64,000 nt of DNA from the human T2T-CHM13v2.0 reference genome, Homo sapiens, in assembly GCF_009914755.1 (NCBI RefSeq), contig NC_060947.1, one strand, 5' to 3'. This document shows positions 14,823-26,904 of the stretch, piece after piece. A program made the translations under genes and the position numbers. Every line of letters begins with the position of its first letter. The first letter of the stretch is position 1. Under the pieces are notes generated by a model. That model was not told where the DNA came from. It did not search any database and saw nothing but the letters and a program-made list of their open reading frames with translations.

Positions 14823-14850
<28 letters not shown>
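14563..14850 (+). mobile_element. AluS (Sz/Sx-like) with about 20-bp right-arm deletion
   Basis: Dimer with long A tail; 'cccagccacttgcttgaa' lacks 'gggaggctgaggcaggagaat'; TSD AAGACTTAAT(AA/GG)AAATGT at 14545-14562 and 14850-14867. Confidence 0.95.
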
Positions 14851-14853
<3 letters not shown>

Positions 14854-16841
14854 CTTAATGGAAATGTTATCACAGGTTTCAGGTAATAAAATGGGAGTTC
14901 GATATCTCTGAGTGTACCTGTGTTCTTCAGATTTTTAAACCATGTAACTAGTACTCATGTTGAAACACAAAAATAAATAAAAAGTTGAATAGAAAATAAA
15001 CAACATTGAGTCTATATCAAATTGATAACACAACCACTCAGAGAAAATAATTATTTCCTGTAATTTTTAGCACAGTACTCTAACTGCAAGAACTGCAAGG
15101 AATGTTTATGTTAGCAGTGAATAAAAATAAGCAGTAAATTTTTAAAAAGCAGTAAATTTCAAAATAGCAATTTTGAAACAATTTTATATAATATAATACA
15201 AAACATATAAGTAAATATATTGGAAACGAAGATTTTTACTTTAGGAGAAAAGGAGATATAAATATAAAATACAGTATCTTAAGGAAACCCCTGTAGTGTT
15301 AAATTTGAAAGAAAACTATCCAAATGGACATGGACATTTGAAATATATATGAATAATTTCCAGTTTATCCATTGAAATGACCTAGAGGAAAAGACCCTGC
15401 AGTAGCAAGAGCTAAAGCAGCCTCTTGGGAAAAATCTTCATTTTAAATCTGGGAAAGGAAAAGTATAAGGTTCTGGGACATCTGATTTTGCCAATAAGCA
15501 AGAGGGCACTAGAAAAGCTAATGGGGTCATATCAATAAGACACAGGGTCCAAATTTGAAGGGTTCAGACAGGTAAAGTTGGGAATAATCTGGGCATCTAA
15601 AAAATGACATTAATTTATTGTAATGAAATGAATTACAAAGCACTGGGTACATAACATCGGAAGTCTAATGTAATGTAAATATATACAATAAAATGGAAAA
15701 GGGAAGCCGAAAGCTTTTCTTTACAGAAAAGTGATGACTTGAAAATGTAGAAGGAATGATATAATTAGGAACATCATTATTTTAAAGCCCCCATGGAAAG
15801 ATCATCAAAGAATGCTAAATCCATGTGCTTAAATGTTGTTGGGGAAGAGCATATTTGTCTAGAGCTAAATTAAATCACCCCTCCAAATAATTGCTAATTA
15901 CATATGGGGAGATTTGGAAACAACACCTTAATGAAGTGACCAACTTTAGCTTTACTAAGAGTGGGGACAACCTGACTCTACATTCCTCATGATGTGATGA
16001 AATATGATACACGTAACTGCACCTAGGGCAAGTCCTTGCCAAAAAATATTTAATCTGAGTCTAATAAAGCCTTTGGACCTCACTTTCAGTTTTCAGGCAA
16101 TATAGTGAATAGAAAAACATGTTAAATGAAATTATAATTCACTAGTCAGATAATCAAGAATATGGGACATTTTAAAAGAAATGTTTTAGATGTTCCAACG
16201 TCACTTCCAAGAGGGGGAAAAATACTGGGAGACCATTCTGGATTTAAAGAAACTAAAAGAGGATAATAATCAATCATACACTTTGATTGCTTTCTGTTTG
16301 ATTTTAATGACATTTTAGAAAATATGTTAGATGATGTTTGGGAATTAATCTTATATTTCCTAGCTGTGATAATAGTCTAGGGGTTGTTTGTAAGAGTGTC
16401 CTTTTTCTTAGAGGCTGAGTTTTCTATGGTCAGGTGTCATTAAGTCTGGAGCTTATTTTCAAATGAGATAGCCCAAAATGTGTGTGTTAGTGTGTGTGTC
16501 TGTGTGTGTGTGTACACACATGCATATATATGAGTCCATATTAAAATTACATTTTTATATTCATTTCCCATTTTCTCTAGAGCAAATGTGAGCAAAATAT
16601 GAATGATGTTTGAATCTATGTGGATGATATAGAGGTGGCTATTGTTTTAGTCTTTCAACTATTCAGCTAAAAATTTGAAATGTGATAAATTGAAGTGAAA
16701 TGTACTATTTACAATAGCAACAAAACATAAAGATCCTAGAAATGCTTCTAACAAAAGATGAGCAATCCCATAGTGAATTAATTTTTACAAGAAATGACAT
16801 TTTAAAAGACCTAAATAAATAGTGGCACATGTTATAATAAT

Positions 16842-16991
16842 TTAGGAGATATACCTAATGCTAAATGACGAGTTAATGGGTGCAGCACACCAGCATGGCA
16901 CATGTATACATATGTAACTAACCCACACATTGTGCACATGTACCCTAAAACTTAAAGTATAATAATAATAAAATAAAAATAATTAAAAAAA
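16842..16991 (+). mobile_element. Young L1PA (L1PA2/3-like) extreme 3' stub with A-rich tail
   Basis: 'ttaggagatatacctaatgctaaatgacgagttaatgggtgcagcacaccagcatggcacatgtatacatatgtaactaacc...cttaaagtataat'; GAG rather than the L1Hs ACA/ACG diagnostic. Confidence 0.92.
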
Positions 16992-17506
16992 CTTAATAGC
17001 AGAAAGATGTTACTTACCCATGAATTGTTCTTTATACTTAATTTTACGTCAGCATAATTATCACAGGATTTTTCATTGAAATTGACAAGCTGCCTCTAAA
17101 ATGTATGTAGAATTAAAAGGTCCAAGAATAGCCAAGAGACTATTCACCCTCACCAAAAATGTGTGAGGATATATCATAAATTAAAACTACTTCAGAGCTT
17201 ACATAACAGATACGTGGATTTGGTACCATGGAGGCAAGTAAAGAGCTCATAAACAGACACATGCTTATATGGAAAGTTGATTTATGCTAGCGTGGGCATT
17301 GCATATATTTGAAGAAATATGGATGGTGGAATATTCGGTGACTCGTATGGAAGAATACAACCATGTTCAAAAGTAATTTATCTGTGTTAAACATTTAATT
17401 TCCAAAAGTGAAACTATAAGACTCTTTAAAGGCAATATATTATAGTTGAATACATTTAATAGATCAGATTAAAGGAAACCTTTTAAGACATGAAAAGCAT
17501 TCTCTA

Positions 17507-20500
17507 GCCTCTCCCTCTCCCTCTCCCTCTCCCTCCCCCTCCCCCTCCCCCTCTCCCTCTCCCTCTCCCTCCACGGTCTCCCTCTGATGCCGAGCCAAAG
17601 CTGGACGGTACTGCTGCCATCTCGGCTCACTGCAACCTCCCTGCCTGATTCTCCTGCCTCAGCCTGCCGAGTGCCTGCGATTGCAGGCGTGCGCCGCCAC
17701 GCCTGACTGGTTTTCGTTTTTTTTTTGGTGGAGACGGGGTTTTGCTGTGTTGGCCGGGCTGGTCTCCAGCTCCTAACCGCGAGTGATCCGCCAGCCTCGG
17801 CCTCCCGAGGTGCCGGGATTGCAGACGGAGTCTCGTTCACTCAGTGCTCAATGGTGCCCAGGCTGGAGTGCAGTGGCGTGATCTCGGCTCGCTACAACCT
17901 CCACCTCCCAGCCGCCTGCCTTGGCCCCCCAAAGTGCCGAGATTGCAGCCTCTGCCCAGCCGCCACCCCGTCTGGGAAGTGAGGAGAGTCTCTGCCTGGC
18001 CCCCCATCGTCTGGGATATGAGGAGCCTCTCTGCCTGGCTGCCCAGTCTGGAAAGTGAGGAGCGTCTCTGCCCGGCCGCCATCCCATCTAGGAAGCGAGG
18101 AGCGCCTCTTCCCCGCCGCCATCCCATCTAGGAAGTGAGGAGCGTCTCTGCCCGGCCGCCCATCGTCTGAGATGTGGGGAGCACCTCTGCCCCGCCGCCC
18201 TGTCTGGGATGTGAGGAGCGCCTCTGCTGGGCCGCAACCCTGTCTGGGAGGTGAGGAGCGTCTCTGCCCGGCCGCCCCGTCTGAGAAGTGAGGAAACCCT
18301 CTGCCTGGCAACCGCCCCGTCTGAGAAGTGAGGAGCCCCTCCGTCTGGCAACCACCCCGTCTGGGAAGTGAGGAGCGTCTCCGCCCGGCAGCCACCCCGT
18401 CCGGGAGGGAGGTGGGGGGGGTCAGCCCCCCGCCCGGCCAGCCGCCCCGTCCAGGAGGTGAGGGGCTCCTCTACCCGGCCGCCCCTACTGGGAAGTGAGG
18501 AGCCCCTCTGCCCGGCCAGTCGCCCAGTCCGGGAGGGAGGTGGGGGGTCAGCCCCCCGCCCGGCCAGCCGCCCCGTCCGGGAGGGAGGTGGGGGGATCAG
18601 CCCCCCGCCTGGCCAGCCGCCCCGTCCGGGAGGTGAGGGGCGCCTCTGCCCGGCCGCCCCTACTGGGAAGTGAGGAGCCCCTCTGCCCGGCCAGCCGCCC
18701 CGTCCGGGAGGGAGGCGGGGGGGGGTCGGCCAGCCGCCCTGTCCGGGAGGGAGGTGGGGGGGTCAGCCCCCCGCCCGGCCGGCCGCCCCGTCCGGGAGGT
18801 GAGGGGCGCCTCTGCCCGGCCGCCCCTACTGGGAAGTGAGGACCCCTCTGCCCGGCCAGCCGCCCCGTCCGGGAGGGAGGTGGGGGGGTCAGCCCCCCGC
18901 CCGGCCAGCCGCCCTATCCAGGAGGTGAGGGGCGCCTCTGCCCGGCCGCCCCTACTGGGAAGTGAGGAGCCCCTCTGCCCGGCCAGCCGCCCCGTCCGGG
19001 AGGGAGGTGGGGGGGTCAGCCCCCACCCGGCCAGCTGCCCAGTCTGGGAGGGAGGTGGGGGGTCAGCCCCCCGCCCGGCCAGCCGCCCCGTCCGGGAGGG
19101 AGGTGGGGGGATCAGCCCCCCGCCTGGCCAGCCGCCCCGTCCGGGAGGTGAGGGGCGCCTCTGCCCGGCCGCCCCTACTGGGAAGTGAGGAGCCCCTCTG
19201 CCCGGCCAGCCGCCCCGTCCGGGAGGGAGGCGGGGGGGGGTCGGCCAGCCGCCCTGTCCGGGAGGGAGGTGGGGGGGTCAGCCCCCCGCCCGGCCGGCCG
19301 CCCCGTCCGGGAGGTGAGGGGCGCCTCTGCCCGGCCGCCCCTACTGGGAAGTGAGGACCCCTCTGCCCGGCCAGCCGCCCCGTCCGGGAGGGAGGTGGGG
19401 GGGTCAGCCCCCCGCCCGGCCAGCCGCCCTATCCAGGAGGTGAGGGGCGCCTCTGCCCGGCCGCCCCTACTGGGAAGTGAGGAGCCCCTCTGCCCGGCCA
19501 GCCGCCCCGTCCGGGAGGGAGGTGCGGGGGTCAGCCCCCACCCGGCCAGCCGCCCAGTCTGGGAGGGAGGTGGGGGGTCAGCCCCCCGCCCGGCCAGCCG
19601 CCCTGTCCGGGAGGGAGGTGGGGGGGTCAGCCCCCCGCCCGGCCGGCCGCCCCGTCCGGGAGGTGAGGGGCGCCTCTGCCCGGCCGCCCCTACTGGGAAG
19701 TGAGGACCCCTCTGCCCGGCCAGCCACCCCGTCCGGGAGGGAGGTGGGGGGGTCAGCCCCCCGCCCGGCCAGCCGCCCTATCCAGGAGGTGAGGGGCGCC
19801 TCTGCCCGGCCGCCCCTACTGGGAAGTGAGGAGCCCCTCTGCCCGGCCAGCCGCCCCGTCCGGGAGGGTGGTGGGGGGGTCAGCCCCCCGCCCGGCCAGC
19901 CGCCCCATCCGGGAGGTGAGGGGCGCTTCTGCCCTGCCGCCCCTACTGGGAAGTGAGGAGCCCCTCTGCCCGGCCACGACCCCGTCTGGGAGGTGTGCCC
20001 AGCGGCTCATTGGGGATGGGCCATGATGACAATGGCGGTTTTGTGGAATAGAAAGGCGGGAAGGGTGGGGAAAAAATTGAGAAATCGGATGGTTGCCGGG
20101 TCTGTGTGGATAGAAGTAGACATGGGAGACTTTTCATTTTGTTCTGTACTAAGAAAAATTCTTCTGCCTTGGGATCCTGTTGATCTGTGACCTTATCCCC
20201 AACCCTGTGCTCTCTGAAACATGTGCTGTGTCCACTCAGGGTTAAATGGATTAAGGGCGGTGCAAGATGTGCTTTGTTAAACAGATGCTTGAAGGCAGCA
20301 TGCTCGTTAAGAGTCATCACCACTCCCTAATCTTAAGTACCCAGAGACACAAACACTGCGGAAGGCCGCAGGGTCCTCTGCCTAGGAAAACCAGAGACCT
20401 TTGTTCACTTGTTTATCTGCTGACCTTCCCTCCACTATTGTCCTATGACCCTGCCAAATCCCCCTCTGCGAGAAACACCCAAGAATGATCAATAAAAAAA

Positions 20501-20557
20501 AAAAAATAAAAATAAAAATAAAAATAAAATAAAAAATAAAAAATAAAAAAAAAAAAG
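17507..20557 (+). mobile_element. Full-length SVA retrotransposon (SVA_E-like)
   Basis: (CCCTCT)n head 17508-17571, antisense Alu-like domain about 17572-17945, GC-rich VNTR about 17946-19995, SINE-R about 19996-20490, AATAAA at 20491, A-rich tail; TSD AAGCATTCTCTA 17495-17506 and 20558-20569. Subfamily from recalled 'cccagcggctcattggggatgggcc' (less certain than the SVA call). Confidence 0.98.
17946..19995 (+). repeat. SVA VNTR (about 35-50 bp units, CpG-dense, G-quadruplex prone) with 515-bp higher-order duplication
   Basis: Recurrent 'gtgaggagcccctctgcccggccagccgccccgtccggga'; ORFs 18670-19188 and 19185-19703 are near-identical at a 515-bp offset. Confidence 0.95.
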
Positions 20558-21032
20558 AAGCATTCTCTAAAGGAAAAGATTAGTAAATGCAGCTCAATAC
20601 AATTAAGACATTTTATTAAGTAAAAGAACAACACAGCCTGGGTGGTAATCTTTGCAATATGTATGACTCACAGAAAATCACTATAATGAATATAAAGAAT
20701 CTCAAAGGATGAAAAAAATCTCAAAAGAAATACAGGCAAAACATATAAACAGAACTTTTATAGAAGAGAGAATACATGTGACCCACAACGATTAAAACAT
20801 CATGAGTTATCAGGGAAACAAAAATTAAAATCACAAAAAATGCAATGTTATGCCCTTTGAAAGTCAATTAAAAATGTGTTGGACAATATGAAGAGCAATA
20901 GGTAGTTTTACCCACAGCTACTTAAAAGTATAAATTGGTACAACCACTTCTGAAACATTTTGGCAAAACATAAGAAAGCTGAACATGTGCAAATGCCAAA
21001 ACAAGTACTGGTAGTTTCATCAATGTGCTCTA

Positions 21033-21351
21033 CGAGTTGACATTTTTGTTTTTCTAAAGGGTCAGGTAGTAAATATTTTAGCCTTTGGAAGCCATGGAGT
21101 CTCTATCATAACTACACGACTCTACCATTGTAGCATGAAAGCAGCCATAAAGCATACATAAACAAATGAGCATGGTGTCATTCCAATAAAATTTTATAGA
21201 CACTGAAATGTAACTTTTATGTAGTTTTCATGTATCACAAAATAGTCTTCTTTTTTCAGTCATTTAAAATATATTAAAATGATTCTTGGCTTATGGGCTG
21301 TACTCAGGCAGCAGGCAGGATTTGGCTTATGAGACATATTTTGGCAATCCT
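21033..21351 (+). mobile_element. MER58B
   Basis: MER58 core plus the B-type insert 'gacactgaaatgtaacttttatgtagttttcatgtatcacaaaatag'. Confidence 0.8.
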
Positions 21352-21354
21352 ACT

Positions 21355-21508
21355 ATTTTCTACTCAGAGTGGTCAAAGGACCAGAAGCAATGAAAGATAC
21401 TAGAAATGCAGAATATCAGGCCCTACCCAAGATTTCCCTTAGAGTATGCATTGTAACAAGATACCCAGGTAAATTGTATTCATATTAAAATGTATGAAGC
21501 ATTGCTCT
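21355..21508. mobile_element. MER5-family fragment
   Basis: 'tagaaatgcagaatatcaggccctaccc...gcattgtaacaagatacccaggt...gaagcattgctct'. Confidence 0.65.
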
Positions 21509-21605
21509 GGATAAAATATTGCACAAATGCACTATTTGTGCAATATGAACAAATTTGTTCATAGCAATATTTGTTACAGCTAAAAACTGGTAAAAACCCT
21601 ATGTC

Positions 21606-21777
21606 AGCTGGATGTGGTGGCTCATGCCTGTAATCACAGCACTTTGGGATGCCAAGGCAGGAGGATTACCCTGAGCCCAAGAGTTTGAGTTTGCACTGAG
21701 CTATGATCATGCCACTGCACTCCAGCCTGGGTGACAGTGAGATCCTGTCTCTGAAAACAAAACAAAACAAAAAAAAC
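21606..21777 (+). mobile_element. Alu monomer (FRAM-like)
   Basis: Single arm ending 'gagctatgatcatgccactgcactccagcctgggtgacagtgagatcctgtctc' with (AAAAC)n tail; degenerate TSD aaaaac(cc/tg)tatgtc. Confidence 0.85.
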
Positions 21778-22089
21778 TGTATGTCCGTTAATAGAAGAAT
21801 GGATAAATCAATTGTGCATATTCAAAAAAAATGGAATTACATCCATCAACTTGGATGAATATCAAATACACAACATTGGGGAAAACAAGCAAACTACAGA
21901 ATGTGAAATATGATTTGATTTATATAAAGTTCACAAAATGATACATTATTTAAGAATATCTAGATATGTGGGAAAACTAAAAAGCAGAGAAATAATAATG
22001 CAAAAAGTAGGGTATACCATATATAGCCATGATGGAGTAATAGGAACCAAATAATAATTCTACCTTAACATCTAAAGAAATAAGCAAAA

Positions 22090-25000
22090 TATATGCACCA
22101 AAAGTTTTCAGAAATTGGACAACTTTCTCAGAGCATGACAGTGATCTCTGAGAAACAGACAGCAAATTAAGCGAGCCCTATGATTGGCCTGGTTTACTGC
22201 CTCTAGAGAGTAAGTAACCAGGCTGCAGTTCAGGAAGGGAAAACAGATGGGGAACCTTACAATTATCGGAAATTCAGGAGAAAGATCTAAGAATCAGAGA
22301 GGCTAAGATGGCAAGAATTTGTGGATGAGAGTCCCAGAGAAGAGAGAGTTGCACAGAAAGAAAATAACTGCATAGAGAAAGAGCTCCAGAGAATTTCAGA
22401 GGATTCCACTGGAGTCCTCAGCTGCAGACAGATCAGTTCATGAATGGGAAGAAACTCCCCAACACTGGAAAGAAGCAAGCAGAAAAATCACTGAAGTTCA
22501 CACAAGGCCAGGAATAGTTTGTGTTTCTCAGCAACGAAGAGAAAAAAAATCTTGAAATACACGAGATTTTAGGTAGAATACTAAAAAGGATATTTTCTCA
22601 GTAGTAGAGAAAAGTTATTAGCTGCTTTATTCCCCTAACAAAGATGGAGCAAAATTTGAAAGGATAAACTGCTTCCAGGTCACTAAATTGCATCATAGAA
22701 CAATGCATAAGTGTATTTAAAAAACATGAAATACTCTGAAATGCAACAAGTTAAAAGTCACAATGGTTGGCATACAATACAAAACCTATGAGCCATACAA
22801 AGGTGCAGGAAAATACAATCCATAATGTGATGAAAAATCAAGCAATAGAAACAAAATTACAAATGATACATGTGATAGAATTAGTAGCCAAGGGTATGGA
22901 ACCACAGTTGTTATAACCATAACATCAACCATAGGCTCAAGAAGGTAGAGAAAATCATGACCATAGAAAAATATATAAAGAGCACAAAAATAAATTTCTA
23001 GAGATGAAAAATACGCTGAATGGGATTAAAGTCTATCTAGACACTGCAGAAGAAAATATTAATGAACATTAAGACACAGCAATAGAAACTATACAAAATA
23101 AAATTATACCAAAGACTTTAAAAATGAAAAGAGCATCAATGATTGCAGGACAATTCAAGTGGCTTGATATAAATGGAATCATTGCATCCACTAAAGAAAC
23201 AAAATAAAGATGCATAGTTAACATCCCAATAAAGGAGTTAAAATGGAATTATGAAGAATACTCAAACCAAACTGAGGGAGAAAAATAAAAAGGCAATAAG
23301 AACAGTTTAGACAAACAGAAAACAAACAAGACAGTCAATGGAAACACAAACATCTTCAATTGCATTAAATGAAAATTATCAGAGTGCTCCAATTAAAAGG
23401 TAAATATTGGCAAATTGGATAATAAATAGCATGACCCAACTTTATGCTACCCGGTTGAAGCCCACTTTAAATATAAAAGCACAGATAACTTAAAAGTAAA
23501 AAGATTATAAAGTATGTATCATGCTAACACTACTCTGAACAAGACTGAATTGGTTATATTGCTATCAGAGAAAAAACAAATTTCAGAAGAAATAATATTA
23601 ACAAGAACAAAGAGGGCCAGTTTATAATGACAAAGGAATAATTCATAAAGAGAAGACAAAAATCCTGAATGTTTATGTGCCTAATATCAGAGCTTCAAAA
23701 TTGTTGAAGCAAAGCACTGATAAAAATAAAACATGCAATAAACAAATCCACAATCATGGTTATATACTTAAACACCCAGTGCCAGCGATTGTAAGATCCA
23801 GTAGTTATAAAACTAATAAGAATTTACGAGACTTTGGCAACACTATCAACTAACAACCTAATTGACATTTGTACAACACTCTACTCACTAAAAACAGAAC
23901 ACATTTTTAAGTGCACCCTAAATATATATAAACATATATGATACACTTACCATAAAGATGTCTGAATTAATTTAAAAGGATTAAAATCACCTAAAATATG
24001 CTGTCTGACCACAATAGAATTAAATTAAAATCAGTATCAAAAATATATCTAGAAAAATCTCCTTAAAACCATAAATAACACACATTTAAATGACCTATGG
24101 TTCAAAGAAAAAATTAAAAGTGATATTTTGAAAGCACTTAACGAAAATAAAAACATCACATGGCATTAGTAGAATGCAGCTAAAACAATGCTTAGAAAGA
24201 AATGTATAGCTCTACATGCGCATATTTTTTAAAAAGGTCTTAAATTATGACTTACACTTTCACTTTAAAAAGTCAGAATAAAGAAAGAAGAAAAAAATTA
24301 ACCCCATATTAAACAGAAAAAAAGAAAATCTTAAAGATGGGTGCAGAAATAAATGAACTAGAAAACTCAAAAATAGACAAAATTAATAAAACCAAAAGCT
24401 GTTTATTGGCATATTAATAAAACTTCAGCCAAAATCTTCAAGGAAAATAAGAAAAATAAACAACTTATCAAATTCCTGAATGAGAGAGAAAATAATCATT
24501 TATAGATCCCACATACTTTAAAAACATAATAAGGAAATGAAATATTGTGAACAACTTTCCTTCAATAAATTTGACAATTTCCTGAAATGAAGAAATTCCT
24601 TCAAAGACACAACTACCAAAGCTAACAGAAGAATAATACATAACCTGACTATCTCATTGTACACAGATGTTCCTATCAGGTTTACTTTTAATAGCTAAAT
24701 ATGGAAACAATTCCAATGTCCACCAACAGGTGAATGGATAAACAAAGTGTTATATCCATACAGATTAAAAAGGAGCGAACTACCTATACATACTCAAAGT
24801 AAATATGTTGAATGAAGCAAACCAAACTAAAATAAGTACCTATGGTAATAATTAATTTATAAAAAATTATAGAACATGCATATTAATCTATCATGCATAT
24901 TAATCTATCATGCCACAAAGCAAATCAGTAGTAGCTTGAAGTGATGCAGGGGCACAGGGAGGAGGAGAAGATAAGGATGGATTTCAAAAGTCCAGGAGGA

Positions 25001-25155
25001 AATTGGTGGAGATGATAGATATATTCACTATCTTAACTGTGGTGATTATTTCATGAGTGTATATATATATATATATATATGTCAAAAGTTATCAAATTAT
25101 TCACTTTAAATATATGCAGTATATTGCTAATTATAGTTCTATATAGCTGTAAAAA
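22090..25155 (+). mobile_element. Old L1M mosaic: 5' region/ORF1 remnant, ORF2 5' part (about 23340-24650) and a 3' end (about 24660-25155)
   Basis: 'tttctagagatgaaaaatacgctgaatgggatt', 'tctgaccacaatagaattaaatta', 'caatgtccaccaacaggtgaatggataaacaa', 'cactttaaatatatgcagt'. Confidence 0.75.
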
Positions 25156-25333
25156 TATTAATATAGGCTAGGATATGCTGAGGTTTCAAAGGATTTAAAA
25201 ATTGTGGCAGGATTAACATACCAAAAGTTTATTTCTCTATCAAACATAGCTGGATACATCTCCAGGCAGAGTTCCAGAGCATTTGTTGTTCATCTGATGA
25301 TTACTTTTTCCAATCTATTTAGAACTTGTGGCA

Positions 25334-25357
25334 TACATACATACATGCATACATACC

Positions 25358-25403
<46 letters not shown>

Positions 25404-25443
25404 CACATATAATTTATAAAACATTATATATATGTATATATAA
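25334..25443. repeat. (TACA)n/(TA)n microsatellite, pure AT core 25361-25399
   Basis: Read directly. Confidence 0.95.
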
Positions 25444-26904
25444 ATACAGAAGGAGATGATAGGGCTGGAGAATTGAATACTAGAGAGTGAATCCCTTTGT
25501 TGAAAAAGAAATATACCTCACTTCTATTCACATTTTATTGGATACAACTAGTCACATGGCCATCTCTAACTACATGGGTCCTGAGAAGTGGAAACTGCAG
25601 TGTACAAGAATTAGAGGACAACCAGATACTGATAGCCGTTAATAATGAAAGAACATTTAGTTATCTGTGGGGCCAGAATGGACAGAGTTGCAACCTAGAA
25701 ACTCCGTGCAGGGTAAATTTGATGCACTTACAATGTTCTATATTTTAAGTTGGCTGGTTGATATATACACATTTATATTTAATATTAATATAATTAGTAT
25801 TAATACATCAACATATTTACACTATATAGACACATTTCCTACTTTATATATTTCATAACAAAAATGTGGTAAAAATCTTGTGCAAAGTAAACAATAGAGT
25901 CCTCTGATATTGTGGAGTTAGTCATATTTTATTTGGAGAAAACTCATGGAAACAAATTACACTATCTTAAGAGGAAGAGAAATTAGCTTACAACAAATTA
26001 AGAACAAGCACCAGTTTCAGAACCTTAAAGAGATGAAAGAATGTTTGTCAGGTGATGTTATATCTCAGATTCCTTTCTCCTATATAGTCTCCGTTCTCAG
26101 AAGAGCACTCTTTTCAGAGGCAAGTGGGAAAAGTGCTTCTCACTTAAAATAATCACCAGAAAAATTCCCAGAAATATATATTATTGTTTGGCTTGAGTCA
26201 TGTGGCGATTTCTTTACTAATTCCTGGAGGCAGTGATGTGATTCTGTAATGGGCTAGGACTTCCCCTTGTTGCCATCTATGGGTGTTGTGGGGACAGATG
26301 TCACACCCTTCCAAATCACAAGGTATATGTAGGGATGTTTCTTCACATGAAAATTGGATGATGATGAAAGTAAAAAGAGAGGGAGGGGGAGAAAAAGCAC
26401 AGATATAGAGAGGCAGAAAGGGGAAAGAAGGAAGGAAGGAAGGAAGCTAGCTATGCAATCAGCAACAGAGGTTACTACTAACAGCAAGATTTATAATATT
26501 TAAAAGCTTAAATTCCACTTTAAAGGTTGTTTCTTTTATCAAAATTCAGTAAATCCCTATGATTTTCTTTTCTGCAAATTCAGAGCCCTGCATTATGTAC
26601 TCTGTTTAAATATGACACAATTGATTTGTCCATTGTCTTGTCAACATAGTCAGCTATAGTGTGATATTTATATTTGTCCCCAAAGCAGGTCTCTACAAAA
26701 TAAGGCTAGCTGCTGAGCACAGGTTGACTAACATAGACAATTATTTTATTTTGATGTCCTTAAATTAACAACAAAAAATACCCCCTCCTACCACCTCCTC
26801 ATCATTTTTATAAAAAGTTAAACCTGTGTATACTTTATGAATTCTCTGTTCCAAATTTATTGGTATCAATGGGATTGTTCAACATATTGTATTGCATATA
26901 TCTC

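Larger units (their letters stand above)
16700..22000 (+). mobile_element. Old L1 (L1M) ORF2 3' and 3'UTR remnants hosting the SVA, L1PA stub, MER58B, MER5 and FRAM
   Basis: 'aaagacctaaataaat', 'gaaattgacaagctg...ccaagaatagccaag', and after the SVA 'gtataaattggtacaaccact', 'aatagaagaatggataaat'. Confidence 0.65.

Noticed and set aside
17946-19995. Regular 35-50 bp repeats resembling a CRISPR array
   Set aside because: No unique spacers, no cas genes, primate context; it is the SVA VNTR
17469-20488. Many overlapping 60-172 aa Pro/Gly/Arg-rich ORFs
   Set aside because: By-products of the GC-rich, stop-poor SVA Alu-like/VNTR sequence; SVA is non-coding
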